64,000 bases of DNA from Entomortierella parvispora E1425 (Eukaryota > Fungi > Mortierellomycota). Location: assembly GCA_020891255.1 (NCBI GenBank), contig BQFW01000001.1:310001-374000 (forward strand), written 5' to 3'. The translations under genes and the position numbers were made by a program. The notes below the pieces were generated by a model, which searched no databases, had not been told where the DNA came from, and saw nothing but the letters and a program-made list of their open reading frames with translations. This document shows, piece after piece, positions 23,863 through 34,874 of the stretch (position 1 is the first letter of the stretch; each line of letters opens with the position of its first letter).

Positions 23863-25290
23863 TCTTATGCGCCTCTCGACCGCGTTCTTTTCGTCGTCAA
23901 CACGAGTTATGCGCCCTTGGCTAACGTTTCTTCGTCTTGTGCGCTTCTTCGCGGCCGCTTCGTCGTTGTCGACAAACCTTAAATGTCAGTGGCTAACGTT
24001 TCCTCATCTTATGCGCTGCTCGACCGCGTTGTCGTCGCTGTTAACCCGACTTATGCGCCCTTGGCGAACGTTTCCTCGTCTTATGCGCTCCTTCACGGCC
24101 GCATCGTCGCTGTCGACAGACCTTAAACGTTAATGGCTAACGGTTCCTCGTCTTATTCGCTGCTCCATCGCGCTCTCTTCGTTGTCGACACGGGTTATGC
24201 TCCTTTGACTAACGTTTCTTCGTCTTATGCGCTTCTTCGCGGCCGCTTCGTCGTTGTCGACAAACCTTAAACGTTAATGGCTAACGATTCCTAGTCTTAT
24301 GCGCTGCTCGACCGAGTTCTCTTCGCTGTTAACACGAGTTATGCGCCCTTGGCTAACGTTTCTTCGTCTTATGCGCTCCTTCACGGCCGCATCGTCGCTG
24401 TCGACAGACCTTAAACGTTAATGGCTAACGGTTCCTCGTCTTATGCGCTGCTCCATCGCGCTTTCTTCGTTGTCGACACGGGTTATGCGCCTTTGGCTAA
24501 CGCTTCCTCGTCTTATGCGCTTCTTCGCGACCGCATCTTCGTTGTCGACAAACCTTAAACGTTAATGGCTAACGACTCCTCATCTTATGCGCTGCTCCAC
24601 AGCGTTCTCTTCGTTGTTTCTTCGTCTTGTGCGCTCCTTCGCGGCCGCATCTTCGTTGTCGACAAACCTGAAACGTTAACGGCTAACGTTCCTCGTCTTA
24701 TGCGCTCCTTCGCGGCCGCATCTTCGTTGTCGACAAACCTGAAACGTTAACGGCTAACGTTCCTCGTCTTATGCGCTCCTTCGCGGCCGCATCTTCGTTG
24801 TCGACAAACCTTAAACGTTAGTGGCTAACGATTCTTCGTCTTATGAGCTGCTCCATCGCGTTCTCTTCGTTGTCGACACGGGTTATGCTCCTTTGGCTAA
24901 CGTTTCTTCGTCTTATGCGCTTCTTCGTGGCCGCATCTTCGTTGTCGACAAACCTTAAACGTTAATGGCTAACTTTTCCTCGTCTTATGCACCTCTCGAG
25001 CGCGTTCTCTTCGTTGTCAACCCGAGTTATGCGCCTTTGGCTAATATTTCTTCGTCTTATGCTAACGTTTCTTCGTCTTATGCGCCCCTTCGCGACCGCA
25101 TCTTCGTTGTCGACAAACCTTAAACGTTAATGGCTAACGATTCCTAGTCTTATGCGCTGCTCGACCGAGTTCTCTTCGCTGTTAACACGAGTTATGCGCC
25201 CTTGGCTAACGTTTCTTCGTCTTATGCGCTCCTTCGCGTTCATGGCTGACGATTCTTCGTCTTATGCGCCTCTCGAACGCGTTGTCAACG
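23863..25290. repeat. Satellite-like tandem array, 72-bp subunits in 144-bp higher-order units (two 71-bp units near 24661-24803)
   Basis: CCTTAAA anchor recurs at 23977, 24121, 24265, 24409 and 24553. CGTCTTATGCGC recurs about every 72 bp. Confidence 0.92.
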
Positions 25291-25344
25291 CCTGCTGATG
25301 GTAAAGGATCCGCACAGAAGCCTTCTGGCGCGTTCTTAGGTCCA

Positions 25345-25778
25345 GGGTCCTCAATGGGATCGGGATGTATGTGTGCATCGTCCTCGACGTCCTCCTTGTT
25401 TGCTACGTGTTTACAAGGTACAATTTCAAGTTCCCCATCAGCGGCGACAAGACCCCTCGGGATTGGAACACCCATCCCTGTGAGAAAGAGAGACTGCCGT
25501 ACTTATTCGAAATGTATTGGGCAAACTGATGGTCTTGGGTCTTCTCTGGGTCTGGCCGATCATCGATAGCCTGACAACGAGTCAAAACAACAACCGACTT
25601 GCACCACGACCATCTATGACCCGGGGGGAACTAGTGGACTACCGTGTTTCCCCTTTGATTTCAGACCCGGTTGAGGTGTTGCAGGAGGGTTATTAGTTTG
25701 CCTATTGCTATACTCGTGCTTTTGACCCTAGTATCTCGTTTGGCCGATGGATTCTTGGTAAAGCATGTGGCCAAGTAG
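25345..25778 (+). pseudogene. Membrane protein family, copy 2 (5'-truncated next to the satellite, disrupted)
   Basis: VLNGIGMYVCIVLDVLLVCY...FKFPISGDKTPRDWN is homologous to the family; in-frame stop and deletions follow. Confidence 0.7.
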
Positions 25779-26469
25779 GCAGACGCGCCTTTCTTTTCCC
25801 TCTCCCTCTAGGAAGGGTCCGAGTGCATCCTTTCATTTGAGGGCAGTGCGGACATTCCTCACACTGTTGAAGTGCAAAAAGAGTTTCTGACCCGACAACC
25901 GGTTTTCTGATCCTTTGCATACACTCGCACGCACAGACTTTCGCGTCATCGCTCGTACTTCACCTTTCCCTCCTCATATCTTCTTTCTCATAACTTCATC
26001 ATTGATCAGAAGGACGGTCCAGAAGACAGGCATAGAGCAAGGGTGCCGCCATGGTTCGTGCCCAGACGATTCGACCCCAGATCCACGGAGCCATCTTTTT
26101 TTTTTTTTTTTTTTTTACGCTGCCTCTTCTTTCCATCTGGTCCTTGGGTCGACACCAAACCTAGGGGTGAGGGTGAGGGCATGTCGGCTTACCAAGCAAA
26201 CAAGAGTCGACGAGCCTGGTCGTTGAGAAAGAGGGCTCAAACGGTTCCACAGCGATTCCTAAACATTTGACAACAGCCCACAGGGCGGAGCCACTCTTTA
26301 AACCTTGGGACCTCTTCTTTTTCTTTTGTCTCTCCTCTAGCCTTTCCTCTTCCACCTTGTTCATCGTCTCCTCCCTCAAAACTGAAATATACCCCTCTCA
26401 TTCTCACCTCGCCCTCACTTTAATTTCTTTCCTCACCCTCCATCCTCAACATACACCATCCACATTCCC

Positions 26470-27051
26470 ATGTTCCTGCTCCAGTATCAACCACAGATTC
26501 ACAGAGTCATTGTTGTATTCGCTTTGATCTGCGTAGCACTCGATATTGCGGCCATGGCCAAACGCTCCTCCCTGACCTGTTATGAAGAATTCCCCAATGG
26601 CATCCTAGGAGGCTTGTTCACTATCGTACTGGATCTATTCCTCCTGGGCTACTATTTCACCAACAAACACGACTTCAAGTTCCCAGCTGGGGGTGACAGG
26701 ACCCCTCGGGATTGGAACAAACAGCCCACGGGGAAGCTGGAAAGGCCTTACCCGGGCCGTTTTGTGGCGGGCAAAGCGTTGGCCCTGGGCTTTCTCTTGT
26801 TTTGGCCCCTTTATGAGATTCCGAAGACGAGCCAGATCACGTTGCCGTTGCATCCGACGTGCTCCACAGGCACGGGCGACTTTGAAGAGGGATTCTACCG
26901 TATTTCCCCTCTGATTTCAGACGTGGTCAAGTACTTGCATCTGGGACGAGCCAGGAATGCCATCAGTCTGTCCATTTGTGTGCTCTTGCTCACTGACATT
27001 CGAATCTCGTTCGGCCGATGGACTCTTGGTAAAAAGACAGTGGCCAAGTGA
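26470..27051 (+). CDS. Small multi-pass membrane protein, 193 aa (copy 3, intact)
   Basis: MFLLQYQPQIHRVIV...; about four hydrophobic segments. Confidence 0.8.
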   Translation: MFLLQYQPQIHRVIVVFALICVALDIAAMAKRSSLTCYEEFPNGILGGLFTIVLDLFLLGYYFTNKHDFKFPAGGDRTPRDWNKQPTGKLERPYPGRFVAGKALALGFLLFWPLYEIPKTSQITLPLHPTCSTGTGDFEEGFYRISPLISDVVKYLHLGRARNAISLSICVLLLTDIRISFGRWTLGKKTVAK

Positions 27052-27610
27052 GCCCTCCTTGTTTTTTTATAAAAAAAAAAAAAAGTTGTCCATCCGCAGA
27101 TCTTTTTCTCTTGTTCCTTTCGCCCCTCGCCTTCTTCTCTGCACACGCACCCACACTTCTGCCTTTACATTGTCGGGCTCCTACTGCCGTTTTCTTTTCG
27201 CCCCTTCCACGTTGACCCGCAGGAAAGAAGAGAGTGGCAAAGGGGCAGGGGCGCCGCCATGTTGGTGCATCAGGACTAAACCGGTGGATGCAACCCATCC
27301 ATCCTTTTCGCGGCCCCAAGTTCCTGGTGGGACAGTGGGACCTGAAAGAGGATCTGCCCATCCATATCAAGGTTGCGTCTGTGTCTGGGCGGCGGACGAA
27401 AGTGGGGACTTTGTTTTCCGGGGAAATGATTTTGGTTTCCGTGGCAGAGCATGTATGAGAGAACCAGGTCCTTTTTCTTCGTGTTCCTTCTTGCCTCGCT
27501 TCCCCTTGCGTTTTGTTCATACTCTCCACCTCAAAAACTGAATTTTACCCCTTCCTGCACCCCAGTCCCTTCACTGCTCAGCCCCTCCATCTTTACCCTC
27601 TTCTAAAAGT

Positions 27611-27846
27611 ACCACAGATCCACAGAGTCATTGGTTTGTTCGCGTTGGTTTGCGTAGCACTCGACATCTCAGCCTTGATCAAGCGGGCACGCCTATCCTT
27701 TCGGACGTGGTCAAGTGCTTGCGTCTAGAACGGGCAAGGAATGCCATCGGTTTGTCCATTGCTGTTCGCGCTTACTGATATTCGAATGTCCGTTGACCGA
27801 TTGAGTGTGCCGGCTGAAAAACTACATAAAAAGACGGTGACCGAGT
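27611..27846 (+). pseudogene. Membrane protein family, copy 4 (internally deleted)
   Basis: The 5' part (PQIHRVIGLFALVCVALDI) is joined directly to the 3' part (SDVVK...RARNAI). Confidence 0.7.
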
Positions 27847-28338
27847 AGATGCGTTTTCTTGCCCCAAAATTCCTTTGTTTCTTTTTATTAAAAAAAGGTC
27901 CTTCTGTGCATTCATCTATCGATTTGAAATGGTAGCAACCAATGCACAGCCCTCTTGCTGTGAAAATGAAAAAGGAAGGATGACAAAAGGGCCTTTCGAA
28001 CATGGACGGTGCCTGTTTGCCCCTGCCGCAAACTCAATTTCAAAGATCCTGCATTGTTGCACAATCGTAAACGGGCACAGGCACAGGCTCTCTCTCAACC
28101 ACTTCTTGGCAAGGTCGTGTCCTTTGTTGAGTCGATTTTTTTTTCTTTTGTTCTTTCGCCCTTCTCCTCATTCCTTATCAACCCCCTCAAACGCATCCGC
28201 TTTCACCTTCTTACCTTGCTTTCACGCCTTGCTTCTTTTCCCACACTTTGCATTTGCACTCTTCCCATCAACGACGACTCAACAGAGAAGAATAAGACAA
28301 AAGACAGGAAAAACGCAGAACAGGAGGGTTACGCCGCC

Positions 28339-28956
28339 ATGTTCATGCTCCAGTACCAACCTCAGATCCACAGAGTCATCTTTTTGTACGCGGTCCTCTG
28401 TCTGGCGTTGGACATTGTGAGCTTGGTCCTGGCCGGGAACGTGAGCTGCTACAACATTATGGACCTCGGCCTCCAAGCGGCGATATGTGTGACGCCCGAT
28501 GCCGTGATCCTGGTGACTTATTTCCTCACGTCGAAACCCGACAGTTTCGTGACCGCACAACGGACGCCGGCGGATTGGAACAAGCCGATGCGGGACGAGT
28601 CGTTCCGGACCATCTTTATGGTCGGGCAGGTGTTGATGATCCTGCTCGCGTCGTTCTGGCCGTTTTACGAGTTTTGGTTCACGAGTCGGATCCGCCAGCC
28701 GCTGGTGGCGAGTTGTCAGGCGGACAGGACAGGGCCGGATGGACTGCCGAGTCGCATCTACCCGCGCATGTCGATATTGATTCGGTTCTTGCATGTGATG
28801 CGGGTCCGGAATGCCTTTGTGATTGTCACCTGCGTGCTGATTGCCTTTGACCTGCGCATCTCGATCAGCCGTTGGAGGAGGGTCCGGAAACAGAAGCGGC
28901 GTGCGCGCAGAGGCCCGCTGGTGGACAACGTGGAACTGTGGGCCAAAGCTGCGTGA
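28339..28956 (+). CDS. Small multi-pass membrane protein, 205 aa (copy 5, intact, more divergent)
   Basis: MFMLQYQPQIHRVIF...RTPADWNK...RVRNAF; ATG at 28339. Confidence 0.8.
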   Translation: MFMLQYQPQIHRVIFLYAVLCLALDIVSLVLAGNVSCYNIMDLGLQAAICVTPDAVILVTYFLTSKPDSFVTAQRTPADWNKPMRDESFRTIFMVGQVLMILLASFWPFYEFWFTSRIRQPLVASCQADRTGPDGLPSRIYPRMSILIRFLHVMRVRNAFVIVTCVLIAFDLRISISRWRRVRKQKRRARRGPLVDNVELWAKAA

Positions 28957-29252
28957 AAGAGAATCCATCGCCCTTGCAATTTGTGCAGCATTGGCGAATC
29001 ATTCCCATCCGGTGACGTGGATAAATCAGATGGCCGAATCGAAGGCAACGCACGGACTGAACCTAGGGGAATTTTTTTAAAAAAACGCGCTGCTCTTACC
29101 GCGCTCCACCCTGCATCTACACCCACTCCCCTCATTGTTCTTCTCATTGTTCTCCCCATTGCTCTCCTCATTGTTCTCCCATTGCTCTCCCCATTGCCCT
29201 TCTCATCCCCAGTCTTTATCTCTTTCCTCTTCCCATCCATCTCAAATACAAT

Positions 29253-32200
29253 ATGGGCATTCCTTTCTTGTGGCCCTTTGTGAAGAAGAATGGGTATCTG
29301 CCCAAGCTTCTTCCACAATGCCCACAAAATTCTCGACCTCCAGACACAACATACCTGGTCGACATCCTCGGGGCTTTCTACCCTTTGATCCGCCGCACAT
29401 TTCTCAACCATGGCGAAACGCCCAACTCTGTATTCGAAAAGGGGCTTCGGAACCTCCGATTTCCTCCTGCAACGACTGTTCTTTACATGGATGGTCCGAC
29501 TCCAGAGGAAAAACGCAATACAAGAGAAGTGCGGCAGACACGATGTACAGCAGGGCTGTTGAACGCGGATGCGTCGCTACAGGAAATGGAGCAACTCCAC
29601 CAGCAAGGCAAAAAACTGAAGAAAAGCCATTTTCGAAAACTCAACAAAGCATTTAATGCCGCCTTTTACTTCTCTGCCGCCCAGCGCTCTTCTCTTTCAC
29701 GGTATCTGAGGGAAAAGGGGTGGATCGTGATCGACTGCCCTTCAGAGGCGGACGTACAGATTGCACTCGATTGTAAGACCGATGATGTGGTTGTCTCATG
29801 CGATAGTGATAGCCTCATCCACGAGTCATCCATCACAACCATATGGAGACCACTTGCTAGAGGCGAGTACTTGGAGTACCACATCCCCTCAATACTAGAA
29901 GAGCTGGATCTTTCAAGAGTGAGTCTCACAGCTCTCGGTATCGTTTGTCGGAACGACTACACATCCAACTTGAAGCAAATGGGCTTGGCTACGAACTACA
30001 AGATCTTGAAAGATTTGGAGGGTGAAGGTATGTCAGTACTTTCTGTTTAGCCTCTGTCTTTACATTGCTTTTCTTCTCTATGATCATTTTGACAAGGTGA
30101 ATTAAACCGAACAATCCTACTTTATATCTGCAGATGTCTCTTTAGATGTCGAAGAGCTGGTTCGATCTTACATGACCCATCCACAAGTTGTTCGCAAATC
30201 ACCTGCTATGGCCCACTTCGACTCTGCCCTAAAGGTTTTTGCATACCAACAGTTCACCCTATGGGACCCCTCTCAAGATAATGCACCGAGGGAGCCATAT
30301 CCGGTTCTAGGTGAACTGCTAACGAGACGGAGGAATCTACAGAAGGAGCTGAAATCCAAAAGCGAAAGGTAGTACTTTTTCTCATGTCGTTTTTTTGACT
30401 CAAAGAGAGAACCTCTGAAAAAATCTAACAGCGCCTTTGATACTGTACTGTCTTCTCAGTCGGGCTCATGGTTCGTCTACTCCACATACTAGTGACGATG
30501 AACATAGTTTCAACAGGTACTCCACTGTCGATCGCGCACCAGAAAGTCCGCCACCTCCTCATGCATCTGGCAAGAAGTACAAGTATCGCCAACGGTATGC
30601 CGTCAAAACCCGATCCAGGATTATCGAGCACGACCCCCCTGACATCTTCAAACAGCACATTTGGAAACCGTGGACCGAACCGCCCCAGTCCCCAGCAGCC
30701 CCTAATACACCACCTAAACCGGAAACGACGACTACCACCACAAAGAAGGGCTCTCCATCACTCGACGGCATGACAAAGAAAGGGCTCGTGAAGGAGCTTC
30801 AATGGCAGCACCCGATTCGAGTTTTGGACATCGGGACTATCAACTCAAATGTGACTCGAGCTCTTAACAAAGAGTCGCTCCCGCCTGCATGTCTGACCAG
30901 TATTAAAGTCTGCCTCTCGGAGACTACACGACTGGCGACGGTGACGAAGAGGATCTGCCAGCAAGCAATAGGACAATATCTTGAGGGCTTGTCTTTGGAA
31001 AATCTTGACGATCAAGACAGACTGATTCTTCAAGTATTGTGCCGGCCGTTCACGGACAGGGATCAGCTTCCAGACAGCGAGGTCGTGTCCGAAGATGTTG
31101 TAGATCGTGAGGACGAAGACGAGCAACAAAATCAAATCGATGAATCAGCCGATATTACCGACGACAAAAACGCCAAGAACGAAGCTTTACAGTTTTTCTT
31201 TTCCCTCCTTTCCGCTATCTACAACGCGAAACCCCCAAGAATGACACTGGCAACAAGGACCGCTGATTTGGCAAAATACGCTATTCCCAAGCGCAACGAG
31301 TCAAACATTGAGCCCTCGAATACAGAATCTGCAGAGGGGGGCGTTCTGAACCCCAACTTGCCGAGTACGAACCAGCCCAACACCAATGCTTCATCTCCGC
31401 AATCCCCCCCAAAGACGAAGGGTACAAAGACAGAATCTATATCTGTATCGGCCGTCCGTGCGTTTTTGGTGAAAGCAAAGGACATTTTGCCGCCGCAGAA
31501 CGAAATTGGTAACTTTTTTGCCACATTATATATTTACCGTGGTTCTACTGGATATATGTCTAATATGCTTGGCTCCTCTATTCCTTCATTTGCAAACGAC
31601 AATAGCCTTAGGACCGTACCCGTCAAGCACTATTTTGCGGTCGACAGCCATCAATCTTTTTGTCGAGTTTCTCAACCACTATAAAACAGGATCAATCGAT
31701 CTCTGCAAGAAGGTATCAACGCCAGTTTCTTTCTGCTCACTCAATTAGAGCATATTATACAATCTATATAGTATCTCTAACCGCCTTGAACTTCCTCTAC
31801 CTTCAGATCCGGGCTCTCAAAAAAAAAGGAAGGCTCCCTGCCGACTCGCTCGACAACATTGATCTCAACATGTCACCAGCGCAAAACTTTCTCAACCTCA
31901 ACAAAATCGCAGGGTCCCCCCGATGCCTTGTACCAATGTCCTACATGGAGACCTTGTTCATAAACCTATCGGAACTGGACCTTGTGAAAGTATTTTGGCA
32001 CGACCCCCTTTTAAAGCGCCAGCTGCAAGAATTCGCATTTCCAACTGTCAATTTGAAGAAAGTGGAACAGGTTCCTATGTATGTCGTCGACCTATGGCTT
32101 GGAGATATCGAACCTGGGCATCTTGTTAACAAGATGATAACCGACATTGGCAGCTACAGCCTGGAAGAGAGAAAAAAGAGGAAGAACTTCGCAAGGACAA

Positions 32201-33588
32201 CCAAAAGGATGTCACTACTCGAGATAAGGAACCATCTTCGAACTCTCCGCCAAGCAGATTTCCACCCGAGGAACTACGGCAACTTCGGGTATCTCCTACG
32301 AGGTTCCATCCGAACTGACGGTTTCCGCCTCCAATTACTTGGGTTTAAGCTGAATGAGTTGAATTGCGTGAAATTCCGGAGACTACCACCCGAGAGGTTG
32401 CCTGAGTCGATCACATCAACTTTGGGAGGGACTGGCCACTATCTGACCGAAATCCGAAATGTTATAAAGTCCGAGAGCGACGTGCGCAGACTCTGGCCAG
32501 GTGTGAATGCTCAAGACATCAAAGTCTTAGGCATTGATATGGGGCAGGCATTCGTCGTAGGAGCCAGCGCCTTATTGCCTCCACCGACGAAAGCAGACAC
32601 CGTCTCGAACGCGAAGTTAGACAGCACCCCGGAGGCGAAGTCGGACACCGTCTCAAAGTCGAAATCAAGGGCTGCTCCAGAGAAGACCTATTTCCATAAC
32701 CTCTCCATAAAACAAAAGGCGGTATACCAACCCACATTTAGGCACAGGAATTGGTTGCAGCGTCGGAAAGGACGCCCGCCTGCTGAGGGAATGCAGTCCA
32801 TGGCCCAGATTGAGTCGAGTCTACCTCATCGACACGGACCAGAAGCCTCAATCAAAGATTACGTACGGCGGTTGAATGAGGTTGAAGACCAATTCCAAGA
32901 ATTCTACGGAAAGGCAGCCATCAAGAAACACAAATGGAATGCACGAAAAGCCAGGCGCCAAGAGTTCAGGACAATTGCCAACAGACTGCTGGGACTTGTA
33001 GGAGGGTCGATTGGAGCAAGAAGAGACGAGTCCAACCACGTCATCATAGGAATCGGACTAAGTAGCTTTTCATCAAAGATGCGGCTGAGTTCTCTTGATG
33101 GTTCATTCCTGGCGTATTTCGTGCAGCTGGTAAGGTTCTGGAGATTATCCCTTTGTCCTCATTGTTTTCGTGTCATCCACTTATTCTCGCTTTTGCTTCT
33201 TTAGGCCCGATCCCTTGGCTATGTTGTGGTCGGAGTGAACGAGTTTTACACCTCAAAGAAGTGCCCAGGGTGTGAAGGATTCGTCGGTCAGGTAGATCTT
33301 CGTCGATTGTATTGTCCAAAGTGCAAGGTATACATGCATCGTGATGTCATGGCCGGCCACAACATGGCAAATATCGTGAGGAGTCACCTCGTGAGCCAGC
33401 AGAGGCCAAAGTATCTCCAACCCGTGGACGTCAATGGCGAGTACCCGTGGGAGGATGGCAGGGGAGGTGGAGGAAAACGCTATCCAGGGGCTGCACCTGC
33501 CATCGTAGGTTCAAAGAGAAAAGCGCCTGTCGAGTGGACCGACACGAAGCAAGATCCTGATAAGGACAAAGAAGCAAACGAAGAGTAG
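29253..33588 (+). CDS. Fanzor1/TnpB-like RuvC endonuclease fused to an N-terminal FEN1/XPG-like PIN domain; 6 exons, 1290 aa
   Basis: Exons 29253-30027, 30134-30368, 30460-31508, 31606-31712, 31807-33129 and 33205-33588. All introns are GT-AG (75-106 nt) and the join is in frame (3873 nt). PIN acidic motifs: LVD37, MD80G, E165AD, D184SD, ND235Y. RuvC motifs: SIRTDG, GID966MG, VNE1176FYTS, CxxC...CxxC, HRD1210VMAGHN. Confidence 0.85.
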
Positions 33589-33614
33589 TTTGCATCTTCA
33601 ATTTAGCAGTAGAT

Positions 33615-33762
33615 ATGTGTATAAGCCAATACATGGACTGCGTTTGGGCTCCGCAAGTTTTGGAGAGCGATCATCGTTACTTCGGTGACGTAATTCACTC
33701 TCCAATTGTGCGGTAGCCAATCGGTTTTGGCGGTGCTGTTCGATTTCATCGCGCCTCACCTG
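33615..33762 (+). ncRNA. Candidate Fanzor omega-RNA scaffold (tandem hairpins)
   Basis: Hairpins at 33617-33634; 33651-33713 (CCGCA/TGCGG, TTGGAGAG/CTCTCCAA, CGTTAC-TTCG-GTGACG); 33716-33731; 33732-33760. Position just 3' of the RuvC ORF matches TnpB/Fanzor layout. No expression data. Confidence 0.5.
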
Positions 33763-33910
33763 TCCTCTCTTCTTTTTTCTTCTCATTCATTCATTCATTC
33801 ATTCACCCCATTCTCATCCCTCATTCCCACACACCCCTCCTTGATTCCCACCCCTCCTTGATTCCCACCCCTCCTTCCCCCTTTCCCTCAACCCCATTCC
33901 TCTGTCCATC

Positions 33911-34318
33911 ATGGCCCCCAAGCCCGCCGTTGCCGAAAAGAAGCCCTCGACCGGAGGCAAGGCCCCCGCAAAGTCGGTGGCAGAGAAGAAGGAGCGCAAG
34001 CCCAAGGCCGAGGGTGGCAAGGGACGCAAGAAGACCCGCTCAGAGACGTACTCTTCGTATATCTACAAGGTCTTGAAGCAGGTCCACCCCGACACGGGTA
34101 TCTCGAACAAGGCCATGTCGATCTTGAACTCGTTCGTGAACGATATCTTTGAGAGGATTGCCGGCGAGGCCTCCAAGTTGGCCGCGTACAACAAGCGCTC
34201 CACCATCTCGTCGCGCGAGATCCAGACCGCCGTGCGTTTGATCCTCCCCGGCGAGTTGGCCAAGCATGCCGTCTCGGAAGGTACCAAGGCTGTCACCAAG
34301 TACACGTCGTCCAAGTAA
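33911..34318 (+). CDS. HTB1: Histone H2B
   Basis: [31 protein letters not shown]...[21 protein letters not shown]. Confidence 0.99.
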   Translation: MAPKPAVAEKKPSTGGKAPAKSVAEKKERKPKAEGGKGRKKTRSETYSSYIYKVLKQVHPDTGISNKAMSILNSFVNDIFERIAGEASKLAAYNKRSTISSREIQTAVRLILPGELAKHAVSEGTKAVTKYTSSK

Positions 34319-34874
34319 AAAACAACAACAGCAAACAACAAAGAAAGAGGAAGGAAGGAGGGACAGCTGCCACTTTTTTTTCACTTGTGCCAAGGAGTCG
34401 ACTCGAAACACAGGAAACTCTTTCAGGAAAACAAAGCGATACCTTTTCACTGCCTTTTTCCATCATCATTTTGTTGGAATGGATGGGTGGATTGATTGAT
34501 TGAATGCCATTCTTTTTTTTTTTCTCTCTCTCTTTGCAAACCCACAACACCTTTCTCAGTTTCTTGTTCATTCTGAACTGAACTTGTATATTCTCTCTCC
34601 TCTTTCCCTTCTTCTCTTTTGGCTTCATCTATCCATCCCAGTTCAATTAAAACAAACAAAAAAACCAAAACAGATCAGCCCACAAGTCGCGTTTGACGCG
34701 CTCTAGAGGGAATGGACCCCCTTTGTGTTCATCAGACTGCCATTCAGCAGTGTTTGTCTCCATGCCAGAAAACGCGTTTTTTTTTGTGTTGTTGTGTGTG
34801 GTGAAAAAAGAGCGCAGTTGAAAATCGAATCACGTGCGGGACACATGGACGCGCTCATTTTATTGCGAAGCATC

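Noticed and set aside
23863-25290. CRISPR array
   Set aside because: No unique spacers; the whole unit repeats, and the context is eukaryotic with no cas genes.
29040-29110. Helitron-like or TIR end for the Fanzor locus (CTAG at about 29063, T7A7 palindrome)
   Set aside because: CTAG is not followed by T, the nearby stem is weak, and no matching inverted repeat or TSD was found on the right side.
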